The notes below the pieces were generated by a model. It was not told where the DNA came from and did not search any database. It saw nothing but the letters and a program-made list of their open reading frames with translations. The translations under genes and the position numbers were made by a program. From Hypanus sabinus (lineage: Eukaryota): a stretch of DNA of 64,000 nucleotides. Where the stretch lies: contig NC_082714.1 of assembly GCF_030144855.1 (NCBI RefSeq), forward strand, positions 124,310,001 through 124,374,000, given 5' to 3'. This document shows, piece after piece, positions 13,419 through 25,590 of the stretch; the stretch's first letter is position 1, and every line of letters begins with the position of its first letter.

Positions 13419-14713
13419 CAAACTTTGCCATCTTTATCAGGGATGATGCCTGGGCATGGCTAGTCAATGCCTATATATACCCCCTTTGCCTGTCCCTCCT
13501 GATTGGTTAGGCCTCATCCAATCAGGTTTCTGGTGCCTCATCTTGTTTCATTTGAATTCCAGTTCTTATTTAGAGTGAGACCTTCATCTTCATTAAAATT
13601 CTGTTTCTCTAGTTTTACTTCAATGGCTTCCTTCACCAGACCATCCCAAAAGCCAGTGGGGTATCACAGTAGTTTTGTACTGTCAAAGTCAATCCTATGG
13701 CCATTGCGAGTGCAATGTTCTGCTAACGCCAATTGCTCCAGGTAACCCAAACAGATGCACGTCCTGTGCTCTTTGATGTGGGTTTCCACCATGCATCCCG
13801 TCTGGCTGATTTACGCTGCTCCGCATTCACAGGGAATCCTGCAAATGCCAGTCATCCTGAATCCTAGCTCATCTTTGACCCACATAGGCTGTGATTTGAG
13901 ATTCCTTATGGGTTTGTAGATGCTATTAATCTGTTATTTCTTCAGGATCCTGGTGATCCTTCCAGAAACCGTTGAAATATAGGGAACATAGGTGGGTTCC
14001 TCCTTCTTTTTAGGTTTTCTGGTTTTTCTGTCAGCCCTTCACCTTGAAAGATTTCCTTCACCTTGTAGCCATTCAGTAGGGACATTGTGCATTATTTTCT
14101 TATTTCCTTGTGGAGACTCTTCGGATCAGAAATAGTTTTCACATGGTTAATCAAAGTAGCAGGAACCGCTTTACCTTGGGAGGAGTGATGGTGGTTGTTA
14201 TTGTTGAGGTATAAGTCCGTGTGAGTGGGTTTCTGATAGACAGACAGACAGACATACTTTATTGATCCCGAGGGAAATTGGGTTTCGTTACAGCCGCACC
14301 AACCAAGAACAGTGAAGAAATGTAGCAATATAAACCATAAATAATTAAATAATAATATGTTAATTATGCCAAGTGGAAATAAGTCCAGGACTAGCCTATT
14401 GGCTCAGGGTGTCTGACACTCTGAGGGAGGAGTTGTAAAGTTTGATGGCCACAGGTAGGAATGACTTCCTATGACGCTCAGTGTTACATCTCGGTGGAAT
14501 GAGTCTCTGGCTGAATGTACTCCTGTGCCTAACCAGTACGTTATGGAGTGGATGGGAGACATTGTCCAAGATGGCATGCAACTTGGACAGCATCCTCTTT
14601 TCAGACACCACCGTCAGAGGGTCCAGTTCCACCCCCACAACATCACTGGCTTTACGAATGACACCATGCCCGAGTCTACAGTCCAGTTTCCATAGTATTA
14701 GAATGTCCAGGAA
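13419..14713 (-). mobile_element. Penelope-like element (Poseidon-type), 5'-truncated: RT C-terminus plus GIY-YIG endonuclease
   Basis: Joining across the insertion gives FLDILILWKLDCRLGHGV|YQKPTHTDLYL. GIY-YIG remnant GICRIPCECGAA*ISQTGCMVETHIKEHR at ~13760-13860. Confidence 0.88.
14242..14659 (-). mobile_element. Rex1 LINE 3' end (distinct, young subfamily) inserted in the Penelope element
   Basis: ORF 14396-14638 reads SHPLHNVLVRHRSTFSQRLIPPRCNTERHRKSFLPVAIKLYNSS. (TCTG)n tail. GAC on both flanks (14239-41, 14660-62). Confidence 0.88.
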
Positions 14714-15140
14714 CAGGTGTGGTGGAAACCCGCATCAAGGAGTACAGGAGGTGTATCTGTTTGGATTACTTGGAGAAATTGGCAGTACCAGAACATTGCA
14801 TTTGCAATAGCCATAAGATTGACTTTGATGGTACAAAACTATAGTGCCGTGCCAATGGCTTTTGGGATCATCTGGTGAAAGAAACCATTGAAATATGACT
14901 AGAGAATTTTTTTAACAAAGACGAAGGTCTCACTCTAAGTAAGAACTGGAGTTCAATTGTAAACAAGGTGGGACAGTGGAAACCTGATTGGTATATATAC
15001 CACTGGACTAGACATGCCTAGGCATCATCCCTGATGGGAGAGTTTGCCATCGAAACGTTGGTTAAAATCGATACTCGTACCCAGCTGGAAGCCCGAGAAC
15101 AATGTACTTGTCATATATGCCAGGGGAGCATTAGATCCTT
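14714..15140 (+). mobile_element. Inverted 3' repeat (pseudo-LTR) of the same Penelope element
   Basis: Reverse complement of ~13430-13800 (GTGGAAACCC.CATCAA.GAG.ACAGGA...AAACCTGATTGG...GGCATCATCCCTGAT). Head-to-head junction at ~14713. Confidence 0.88.
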
Positions 15141-15182
15141 TATTTTTACAAAATATTTATGAACAATATCTTGCTTGATCAA

Positions 15183-16250
15183 GGCTGCGCATTGGTGCAG
15201 CTGACAGTGCTGCTGTCTCACAGCCTGAGCAATCTGGAATCAATCCTGATCTCCAGTGCTTCCATGTGAGTCCACTTTGGTTCCACTGGGGATCTTCTGG
15301 TGGAACTCGGGTTTAAGATGGTGCTGCTGAATGTGTGTGACAGCTCATTGGTAGTTCAAAAGGCAAGAAATTTGACTAAAAACATCACTGAAGTAAATTG
15401 TGATAAATTATCATCGCAAACAATGAAGAGGTCAGCGAAGGCAGAGCGGAGGGTTAAACCATATTGCAGAATCAATGGAGATGGAGTGAGCCATTTGCAG
15501 AGGGGAAATCGAGGAAAACTGGCCTGGGTGTGAGGTTGGATCGTGCTGGGCGCTGAGCTGATTTGGAGAAATCATGAATGTGAGAGGCTTTGGTTAGGGC
15601 GATGAAATCTAGATCCGGAGTGAGTCCATGGGTAGTGTGTTTAGGCCCAATGTATTTTGCAGTGCTGTGGCTCTGGTCCTAGTGTGAGGTATGATACACT
15701 GTTTGGACCATTTAAAAGCCAGCCCAGATAGACTGGAAGAACATCGATTGGTCTTCTGTGGTGTTTACTCCTCTCTCCATGGCCCTGAGACTATGAAGAC
15801 TGTCCCTCTGCTGTGCTCTGTGCCCGCTAATATGATGGCCTGATATCCGGCTTTGGCCTACTCTGGGTTGCTCTGGAGTTCAGATCTAAGGGCTCATCTT
15901 GGTTCAGAACATTGTTGCTCACTTCTAGTGTTTTCATGATTTGTGTTTTGTTTTTGCCCTTTCTCTACGCATTCGGTGTTGGTCTTTCTTTTTTTAATGG
16001 GTTCTTTCAGGTTTCTTGCTTTATGGGTGCTTGTAAGCAAACAAATCTCAAGTTTGTATGATTTCTGGTTGCTTCGGTTCTCCAGTTTCCTTCCACATTC
16101 CCAAAGATGTGCAGGTTGTTAGATTAATTGCCCACAGTGTCCTTTGTGTGTAGGTAAGTGGTGGAATCTGGGAAGAAGAATATGGGTTGATGCGGATGAT
16201 GATGTCACTGACTTGGTCGGCTGAAGGGTCTTCCTCCATATTGTGTGAGG
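15183..16250 (+). mobile_element. tRNA-derived HE1/V-SINE-like SINE, split by an insertion at 15302-16062
   Basis: Head TGGTGCAGCTG..GTGCTGCTGTCTCACAGC..GGAATCAATCCTGA. Core CCAGTTTCCTTCCACATTCCCAAAGATGTGCAGGT. CR1-like tail GGCTGAAGGGTCTTCTCCATATTGTGTGA. Confidence 0.7.
15302..16062 (+). mobile_element. Non-autonomous element with Rex1-type 3' end
   Basis: Begins near AAGATGGTG (YY1-like) and has no RT coding. Its 3' end resembles the Rex1 3' UTR at 63880-63930. Candidate TSD TTCTGGT at 15295-15301 and 16063-16069. Confidence 0.6.
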
Positions 16251-17724
16251 TTACTAGTCTTGCTAATGAGTACTTCGCCCAATATGGCCTGACGGTACCA
16301 TCTAAATATTTGTAAAACTTTAATTCAAAGTCGATACGCATTTGTTTTCATCATAACAGTGATAATCTGGAATTCTAGAACATCAAGTTTACAATATTTG
16401 TCACAAATATTCTGGTGCTGTTGTTTAGTAGATTGTTAAACATGTGGCAGTACTTTGCAGAAATTCTCAGTAAATATTCTTCCATCCGGCTTCTGGAGCT
16501 AAAAAAATCTGAGATTTTGGTTCCACTGTTTTAAAACAGAATAGATCACAAATGGTGCGGTGGATTCAAACTGAAAGTTGACTTCAGATTAATGATACCT
16601 TGCTTTGAAAGAAGTGCAGGGTTGAAGACTGATAAAACCTCGTTTGAACCTTTTTATCAGGCTGCAGTGCACATTGCAATGCTCCTGCTGTGCTTTTTAG
16701 AACTCTTGTTTACTTTGTGACCTTTCTGTTTTAAGTGATTGTATGGTCTTTATTGAAATGCATTTGTTTGATGTGTCCTTCAAAGATTGCTGCTAATAAT
16801 TGTATTGATAGAAGTGAAAGAAATTTAGTGTTGTAAGTCTAAATATGGAAAGGTAGCATCAGAAGAACTTTTGCTTAAGTCGATGATGCATACCTTCTGT
16901 AGAGAGTGTTAAAGCATAGAGACTAAAAGCTAAATTGGCTTCCTGTATGCTTAGGTCGGTATCTGAGATTTAGAAGAACTAATGATAAAACTCAAATTTC
17001 TATTAACTATGTGTTAAATACAGATAGCAGCCATTTGTTGCCACATTTTAAAAACCATTTGGGGTTGTTTCTCCCCAGCAGCTCCAGAGTGAGTTTTCTC
17101 CACCTTCAGGTCTTCTCATATCACACTCAGAGGATATGGTCCACTGTTAGGTGCAATTGACTGATAGTAGCCTCGGGCAATGCACCAGTTGTCTTCACTG
17201 TCTGCCCCAGGGGGAAAATGCCTTGATGTTTCTCTCAGAAACAGGACCTAAAAAGAAAAACTTGCCCAGTGTGTGTGATTGAATTCATCTCCCTACTGCC
17301 TGTCAGTGACAAGCATCCGTGCGATAGCTGGTGTCACCTCCAATTGCACACCATTCCCTTCTAGTGGCTTGGTTTGAATTCAACAAATTAATTATTGGTT
17401 AACCTGAAGACCTCATTGTTTGATGCAGCAATAAAATTAGCCTCCTTTCCATAAGCCCTCCTTTATAGAAGCTGAATCAAGCACTATAAAATACTTGTAT
17501 CCTGTCCTTTAAACATCTTATCCTCCACTAATGTCCCAGTTAATATTTGTCCAACTGGACCACAACAAAAAGCCTTTTAAGCAGTCTGAATCTCAGTGAC
17601 TTTTTGCTGGAGGCCAGTGAAACAAAAAAAAACTAAATACTTCATTAATCTCTCTTTTTCTGGTAAATGATCATTGCAAACAATAGCCTGTAACTTTCCT
17701 TTAGATTTGAAGGCAAGTTGTTTC

Positions 17725-18427
17725 ACCAGAGCTGGGGCGAGGTGAGGTAGTGAGCGCGAAGACCCAAGGTTCGATCAACTTAAGCATCAGGCCGAATTGG
17801 AAAGGTTGGGTACAGGCTGAAAAAGGCAGCTGGGTCCAGGCCCCAGAGCGTATCAAAGTAATTGAACTTGATACTTGGCCAACAATTTAACTGCCAGGCC
17901 GAATAGCAAAAGTTAGGTACAGGCTGAATCGAGGCAGCGGCATCCAGGCCCCAGCGCATATTGAAGTGACAGAATCTGATGACTTAAGGGCTGGGCTGAA
18001 TTGGAAAAGTTGGGTACAGGCTGAATCGAGGTGGCGGGGCCCAAACCCCACAGGGTATCAATGCCATTGAACCCAATGTTTGGGTGACGATTTCAACTGC
18101 AAAGGGCCAGATTGTAAAGGTCAGGGTGCCGAGGGCTGAAGTGAGGGACTGGACAGTTCAGCTTGCTGATGCGTGGCATTTACTCGGCTCGGCGCTAAAC
18201 TAAGGGTCTCTGGAGGAACTTTCTTTGCAGACTTCAGTTCTGAATGCTCGTTGCTTCCTTTTATTGTTTACATGATTCTTTTTTTATTTGCCTCTTGGGT
18301 GTTTGAAAATCTTCTTTTTAATGGGTTTCTTTGTTTTGTAGCTGCCTATAAGGAGGCAAACCTCAAGGATGTCTAGGGTATACATACTTTGATAATAAAT
18401 GTGGTATGAACTTTGAACTTTGAACTG
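17725..18427 (+). mobile_element. Non-autonomous Rex1-tailed element with internal ~100-bp tandem units
   Basis: The unit CAGGCCGAATTGGAAAGGTTGGGTACAGGCTGAA recurs at ~17788, 17896 and 17991, and partially at 18102. The element ends GATAATAAATGTGGTATGAACTTTGAACTTTGAAC. Confidence 0.7.
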
Positions 18428-18689
18428 TCATCCTCTCTTCTGGCTTCCTCTCTTACATCTTTCATATGCAATTACTTATCTAAGTTTTAGCTGTTTGTAT
18501 TCTGTTTTGTTATTGGGTCCTATCTAGTTATCATCTGGTTCCTGGGGACACCATGTTCCTCAATGCATTGAACTTAAATTCTTTACCTTCATCCTTAATT
18601 CAGTATTTATGATATGATTACTTCGTGAGCTTCACATGAGTGAGGAATTTCATTGTACCCTGGTGAATATAACAATAAACTAATCTGAA

Positions 18690-19000
18690 TCTTCTCAGGC
18701 ATTCCCTGAAGAACGGGAACTCTTGTGGTTCTGTGTGGGCTGACGAGTCCAATGTGGTAATGATAGGTAATGGCTGATGGGTAGTTTCTGAGGTGGCATG
18801 TTTCCTCCACCACTATGTTGGACTTCTGTGTGGCTTTGGTACATGGCCTTGAGGTACTCAAAGTAATCCTAAATGCTGCTTGTCTGCTTCAAGTGTTCAT
18901 GGACTGGAGGCTCCTGTGAATCATTGTGAAAACTGCATTTCTTCCAGGATGCTTTGAGCATGTCTTTGAATCTTTTCGTCTGTGCAATCTCCTCCCGAAA
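18690..19000 (-). mobile_element. RTE-clade LINE 3' fragment
   Basis: The minus strand reads AQTKRFKDMLKASWKKC and HIGLVSPHRTT, matching the RTE C-terminal GGQxKRFKD and IGLxSHxRTH motifs. Confidence 0.7.
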
Positions 19001-20719
19001 CTCCAGATTTGAAATACATCTATCATGGCCTTATGCCCAACAATCCAACCTGCTTCATATTTTAATCCCCTGAATCTGATATTTTAATTTCCGTTCTATT
19101 CTTCATTGTTTACAATGCTATCTAATGATATCGGGTCCAATTGCTTGGATCTTCCCCAAGCACTCCATGATTTCCTGCATTCTCCAACACTGAATCCTTT
19201 TAAAAATAATAATTTAATCAATTTTTGGTCACAGCCATCAGCCATCATTCTTTTTTTATTATTCTTTTTCCTTTGGTTTAAGTTCTTGGGCATTTTCCAA
19301 GTTCAAGGAACATGTAATTGCAAGAGTTTTGTTGCTTCCAGTATACTTGTCTCCAGAGATGGAGAACCTAGAATAAACTGTTTCCTAGTCAAGAATAAGA
19401 AAAGCCCAGAGAATAGATGAGGTCGAGCATGAGAGTACAATTCATGCTCTCCTACATATTTAAGTTTAGCTCTATGCATCTTGAGGCAGTGAGATTTTGT
19501 ATGATTCTTCTTGATAACACTGGGGCTTCCTGCTGGATGTATAGAACCAACTGAAGAGACAAAGGAAAAACTGACAAGGTTCCTGACTCCAAACTGAAAT
19601 ATGTAGAGCTATTTGAGTCATTATGCTGTTTATTTGAACCCATTAAAGTGTTCCCAAACAATATCAGCTTTAGTGTGTCCAGTGTGCTGTGAGAGCTCGA
19701 GATAAACTGTCCACTGTGTTGTGACGGGGAAGCTGGAAGAGGCAACCCCACAAAGAAGGAGCATTGATCAGCAATGAGACATATTTTTGATTTTTGGCTT
19801 GCTGCAAAATAAGAACTAAGTATTTCTTCCGGCATGTTATAAGTGATCTGCCGTGGTTCCTTCAGATAACACCGGCCAGTCCACTTTCTTGCTATAGATG
19901 TGCAGAGCCTGTGCGGCATTAGTTCTGCCCATTGTTATTTCACAATTATAATTGGGCTGCCACAATGGACTCGGTGTTTGACTTTGCCTGAAGCAATCAA
20001 TCAACCTGAAAATTTATATGAGATAGATCTGAGGCTCCCAACTAGTTCTCAACTAGCTCTCTACTAGCTTTTGGGAATCTATTCATGTTACCTCATACCA
20101 ATGAGCTAGGAAATACTCAAAAGTACATTTCACTTATTTGCATAGTAATTGCAGTTCAGTGCTTCATTGTTATGGTCTGAATTTAATGGAATCACTCTTT
20201 TTCTGACAACAAAACTGACAAATGAAAAGGTTAAACCAGGCAGAGGCGGTTTCAGCTCTTGTAACCTATCAGTGCCCTTTTATAAAAGAACCCTCTGTAA
20301 GGGAGGAATCCATTAGCAACACTAATTATACATTTTAAATAGTTGGGGTGTAGTATGGGTAAGTGATTCAATTATTTTATAACTGAATGTTAACCAAATA
20401 CACATCTGAATATTTGTTTTGAAATGCTATATATCTGACCATGTGATATATTGGATTCACACTAGAATTTCGAAACTACAATTAGCATTCAGTGCTGGGA
20501 TGACTGTCCCTGCCTGGTCATTATTACAATTCTCTTGCTGCCAGTCATTAGAACATTTTCAGTAAGAACTTTTGATCATTTTTTTTCAGTGGAAAAAGGC
20601 CAGCATTAAGTGGCAAGGGTATACTGCAGAAACGTAGTACTTTGCAAACAATATAGAAAATGAGGTTAATCAGGATTATACTGTATGAGTTTTAAAGGAA
20701 TGACATGTGCAGAGTTCAG

Positions 20720-21040
20720 AAACATGAGAAGTGAAGCATACTGAAGTTGCTTGACAGGGCCAATGCAAGGATGATGATTGCCCTGGTAAAACGTTGAGGG
20801 ATTGTAGTCTTGAAAGAAGGGGTCAGCTACTCAGAGCCAATAAAGGACTCTATTCTCGTGGATGCTGATGAGTCTTTGATGTTATCCATCCAAGTGGACT
20901 TTGGAGTCTCCATTGCAGAGTAAATTCAAGGCTGCAAGCAAAATGTTTTTGAATAAGGGAATGAAGGACTATTGGGTTGTGATACCAGGGTGAATGGTAA
21001 TCCAGGCCTAGGAGGCGGAATGACCTGTTCCAGTTCATAA
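20720..21040 (+). mobile_element. Highly decayed CR1 3' end
   Basis: Loose similarity to the CR1 C-terminus and 3' UTR (CTTGACAGGG..GCAAGGATG; AGTCTTGAAAGAAGGGGTCAG; GGCGGAATGACCTGTTCC). Confidence 0.45.
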
Positions 21041-21519
21041 ATCTGACTTGGAATCAAATCCTAATAATGAAGAGGCAGGCTGCCGTGAGTCAGAGGAGCG
21101 ACATCAGGCTGACATGATTATCCAGTGAAAGTCATCTGGAAAGGGAAAACAAGTCAGGTTCCAAGGGCCTGATTGCTCCTGAGTGACTTGTGTTGGATGT
21201 GTGCCAGAGAGAACGTCAGCAAAGAGCTGAATATTCTAAGAACACTCACTAGGGTTAAACTGAATAGGACTGGAAATAGATACTGGGATTGCAATGTGTG
21301 ATTAACCCATTTGATGCAAGTCTACAATGCACACAGAATTATTGCAAGGCCTAATAGCCCACTGTCACCAGCTGAGTTGCTGCAGGTCTTGGTATTTATC
21401 TGTGTGGTCCAACATTGTGAGCAGCCAAAGCTAGCTCAGGCACCCCCTACGTGAAGTTCCTTCCTTATGTCAGTGTAAAAGAACTACCTCCCAAAGATAC
21501 AGTAGATAGGCATCTGCTG

Positions 21520-21790
21520 TAAATCTACCTCCCCATCTCCTTCTCTAGCATATAGACTTTCTTTACCAGCCCTCTGCTCTTTCACCCAACAATGTTATGA
21601 TCTAAAGAAATAACTATCAAACACACAATGTCCCCCAACAACAATCTAGGCTAAATTTGACATCCTCCCATACCCACTCTATCAAGGCTCTTCCACATTT
21701 AATAGGTTTCAATGAGATCCACTATCATTTTTTGAAATTCCAGCAAATATAGGTCCAGAACTTTTTCCAAACTGCAAACAGTCCCATTTC
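21520..21790 (-). mobile_element. Decayed CR1 3' fragment
   Basis: CCCACTCTATCAAGGCTCTTCCACATTTAATAGGTTTCAATGAGATCC matches 22850-22895 and 54810-54860. Confidence 0.55.
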
Positions 21791-22496
21791 TCCAGAGCCA
21801 ATTCTCCTTTCAGCAGTCACTAACATAAATGCAAGTAATTGTTGATTCTTTTGCATAGGGCTGATACATAGACTTTTAATAACCGAGAAGTAGTACACCA
21901 TTGACAGGGAGCTAATATTATGATCTGTATACTTTTGGTGGATGTGAGTGTGAAGAACCAAATATCATTCCAAATGTGGCTGGCTTTATGAGGAGCTCTA
22001 TAATCATGAGTCTATGTGTGTCATGCATGGAATTGCAGACAGAGTGGTAACCATAATACCCAAACAAGGTATTTTATAGAGCCCTACTTCATGCTTAGTG
22101 TCTCTGAGCTATAATATGAAAAATGATGCAAGCTAATGTTGAGATTCCACTATATATGGAACTGGACGCAGAAGAACAAAATGGAAAATTGGATTGAAAT
22201 TAATAACTTGAATGTGAGCTCCACAAGACACCAGGCAGTCATAAACAACTTACTTTGAGTACAGCTGATATAATATCTCTTCCAAAAACAAAAATAATTG
22301 TTCTTAATTCCATTGGGTCACAACAGCTGTCTGGAAGTGGAGAAAGGTGGGTTGCTGAGGTCTAGGAGGAAGTTGAAAATGAGGGCTTTGATTTTGCTTT
22401 CAGCCTGTTTTGGAATGCAGAGATGGGTGATGATACAATTGAAGGTGTCTTTGCACTTTGTATGGCTGTGATATAGATTTTAGAAATTTGAATGTT

Positions 22497-25052
22497 TAGA
22501 CATAAGATCAGAAGACCATAAAATGTAGGATCAGAATTAAGCCATTCAGCCCATTGAGTCGACTCCACTGTTTCATCATGGATGATCCACTTTTCCTCTC
22601 AATCCCATCCTAACTGTATTCTCCCTATAACCTTTCACACACTGACTAATCTAGAACCTATCAGCCTTTGCCTTAAATACACCCAATAACCTGGTCTCCA
22701 TAGCCACCTGTGGCAATGAATTCTACAGATCTACCATCTTCTGGCTAAAGAGATTCCTTCTCAGCTCCCTTCTAAATGGATGACCCTCTACTATGAGGTT
22801 ATGCCCTCCGGTCCTAAGCTACCCCACCATAGGAAACATCGTCTCCATGTCCACTCTATTGAGGACTTTCAACATTTTATATGTTTCAATGAGAACTCTC
22901 CCCCCCCCCCCCCCCACACTCACACTTTTTTCTAAATTCCAACAAGTACAGGCCCAGAATAATCAAACACTCCTCATGCAATAACCCTTTTATTCTTGGA
23001 ATCATTCTCGTGAACATCCTCTGAACCCTCTCCAATGTCAGCACACCCTTTCTTGGATAAAGGGTCCAGAACAGCTCACAATACTCCAGGTATTGTGTCT
23101 CTTCAGTGCTTTATATAACCTCAGAATTCTATCCTTTCTTTTGTATCCAAGTCCTCTCAAAATAATTGCTAACAATGTATTTGCATTCCTCACCACTGAC
23201 TCAACCAGCAAGTTAATCTTTAGAGCGTCCTGCACGAGACTCCTAAGTCCCTTTGCATCTAAGATTTTTGAATTTTCTCCCAGTTTAGAAAATAGTCTAT
23301 GCTTTTGTTCCTTCTACCAAGGTTCATACACTTCATGCACTTCCCAACACTATATTCCATCTGCCACTTCTTTGCCCATTCTCCTAAAGTCTGCCTAAAC
23401 CTGCAGCCTCCCTGCTTCCTCCACACGACCTCCACCTCCACCTATATTTGTATTGTCTACAAACCTGGCACAAGGCCATCGATTCTGTCATCCAAATCAT
23501 TGACATATTACATAACAAGAAGCAGTTCCAACACCGACCCTTGTGGAAAACTTCTAGTCACCGGCAGTCAACCAGTAAAGGCTCCCTTTATCCCACTCTT
23601 TGCCTCTTGCCAATCAACCAATCCTCTAAACATGCTGGCATTCTTCCTGTAATACCATGGGTATTACATCTTATGCTATCTTCTTAAGCTGCCTCATGTG
23701 CGGCACCTTGTCAAAGGCCTTTTGAAAATCCAAGTATGCAACATCCACTGATTCTCCTTTGTCTGCCTTGCTCATTATTTCCTCAAAGAATTCCAACAGA
23801 TTTGCCAGGCAAGGTTTTGCAGCAGACTCTGCTGATGTCTTCCACAGTAAAGACAGATGCAAAATACTTACTTAGTTCATCCGCCATTTCCTTTTCCCCC
23901 ATTACAACCTCTCTAATGTTATTTTCCAGTGGTCTGATATCATCTCTCACTTCTCTTCTATATATCTGAAAATATTTTGGCCTCTTTGATATTAATGGCT
24001 AACTTACCTTCATATTTCATATTTTTCCTCCTTATTTCTTTTTTAGTTGCCTTGTGTTGTCCTCTAACTTCCCACTAATTTTTACTCTATTATTTGCCCT
24101 CTCTTTTGCTTTTATGTTGTTTTGACTTCCCTTGTTAGCCATGGTTGTGTAATCCTACCTTCAGAATAGAATTCTACAGTGGCACCATTGACAGCATCCT
24201 GACCAGCTGTATCACCATCTGGTATGGGAACTGCACTAATCATGATCGCTGGGCACTGAAGACTGTGGTATGGATAGCCCAGCACATCTGTGAGTGTGAA
24301 CTTCCCTCCCTTGAGGACATTTACAGCAGCAGGTGCATAAAGAAGGCCTGGAAGATCATTGGGGACTCCAGTCATCCCAACCGTAAACTGTTTCAGCTGC
24401 TTCCATCTGGCACATTGTACTACAGCATTAAAGCCAGGACCAACAGGCTATGGGACAGCTTTTTTCTCCAGGCCATTAGATTTATAAATTCACATGTCTG
24501 TACATTGTGATGGAGTCATAACGCAAAGATCGTTACTCCCTCATGTTTTGGGGTGGATGTAAGATTTAAGTAAGTTCAAATTCAATTTATCCTGTGCCTT
24601 CTGAACTGTTCCCAGAAATCCCAGTCATTGCTGTTCTCGCGTCAACCCTGCTGGTGTCTCTTTCAATCAACTTTGGCCAGCTCCTCTCTCATGCCTCTAT
24701 AATTCATTGTAATACTGATACATCTTATTTTAGCTTCTCTCTCTCAAACTGCAGGGTGGTCGATCGTATTATGATCACTGGCTTCTAAACGTTCCTTTAT
24801 CTTAAGCTCTCTAATTAAATCATGTTCAATACACAACACCCAATCCAGAACAGCCTTTCCCTTTTTGGACTCATTCTCAAACTGCTCTAAAAGGTCATCT
24901 CACAGGCATTCTATAAATTCTCCTTCATGGAATCCAGCACCAACTTGATTTTTCCAATCTACTTGTGTATTGAAATCTCCTGTGAGTAACATAACATTGT
25001 CCTTTTGACATGCGTTTTCTATCTCCTATTGTAATTTGTAGCCCATATCCTG
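22497..25052 (-). mobile_element. CR1 LINE (older subfamily), internally deleted, with a Rex1 insertion
   Basis: CLANLLEFFEEIMSKADKGESVDVAYLDFQKAFDKVPH; LGEWAKKWQMEYSVGKC; GLGYKRKDRILRLYKAL. 3' tail at ~22497-22530. Confidence 0.9.
24169..24588 (+). mobile_element. Rex1/Babar 3' fragment inserted in CR1
   Basis: FYSGTIDSILTSCITIWYGNC...FQLLPSG..YYSIKARTNRLWDSFF (ORF 24145-24510). Same subfamily as 37013-38365. Confidence 0.88.
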
Positions 25053-25590
25053 TCTACTCTTTCAGTTTGATTGATATTGTCCCTGTAGGTAGGTGGCCAG
25101 AAATGCACACAATACTCCAAATTTGGCTTCAACAACATCTTATACAATTTTAACAGATCATGCCAACTGCTATAATCAATACTCTGATTTATGAAGGCCA
25201 ATGTGCCAAAAGCTTTCTTTCTGACCCTATTTACCTGTGATGCCACTGTCAAGGAATTTTGGATGTGTATTCCCGAGTGCCTTTGTTCTTCTGTGCTCCT
25301 CAGTGCCCTACCATTAATTGTGTAAGTTTCTCCTCCAAAAGAGCAACACCTCAGATTTGTCTACATTAAATTCCATCTGCTATTTTGACTATTCCTAATT
25401 TGACCCTTTTGATTCAAATACTTATATATCTTATCCCTTAGAATACCTACCAAAAAATTACCGACTGCTGATGTTAGGCTTACTGGTCTATAATTCCCTG
25501 ATTTTAGAGCCCTTCTAGAACAACAAAAGAGCATTAGATATCTTACGGTCCTCTGCCACTTAATCTGGGTTTAAGGATATTTTAAATACC
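25053..25590 (-). mobile_element. CR1 RT fragments (second subfamily)
   Basis: ORF 25019-25252 reads VASQVNRVRKKAFGTLAFINQSIDYSSW..LLKPNLEYCVHFW. Confidence 0.8.

Noticed and set aside
17780-18125. Repeat-spacer-like periodicity (CRISPR?)
   Set aside because: The whole ~100-bp units are homologous, including the 'spacers'. The context is a eukaryotic TE, with no cas genes.
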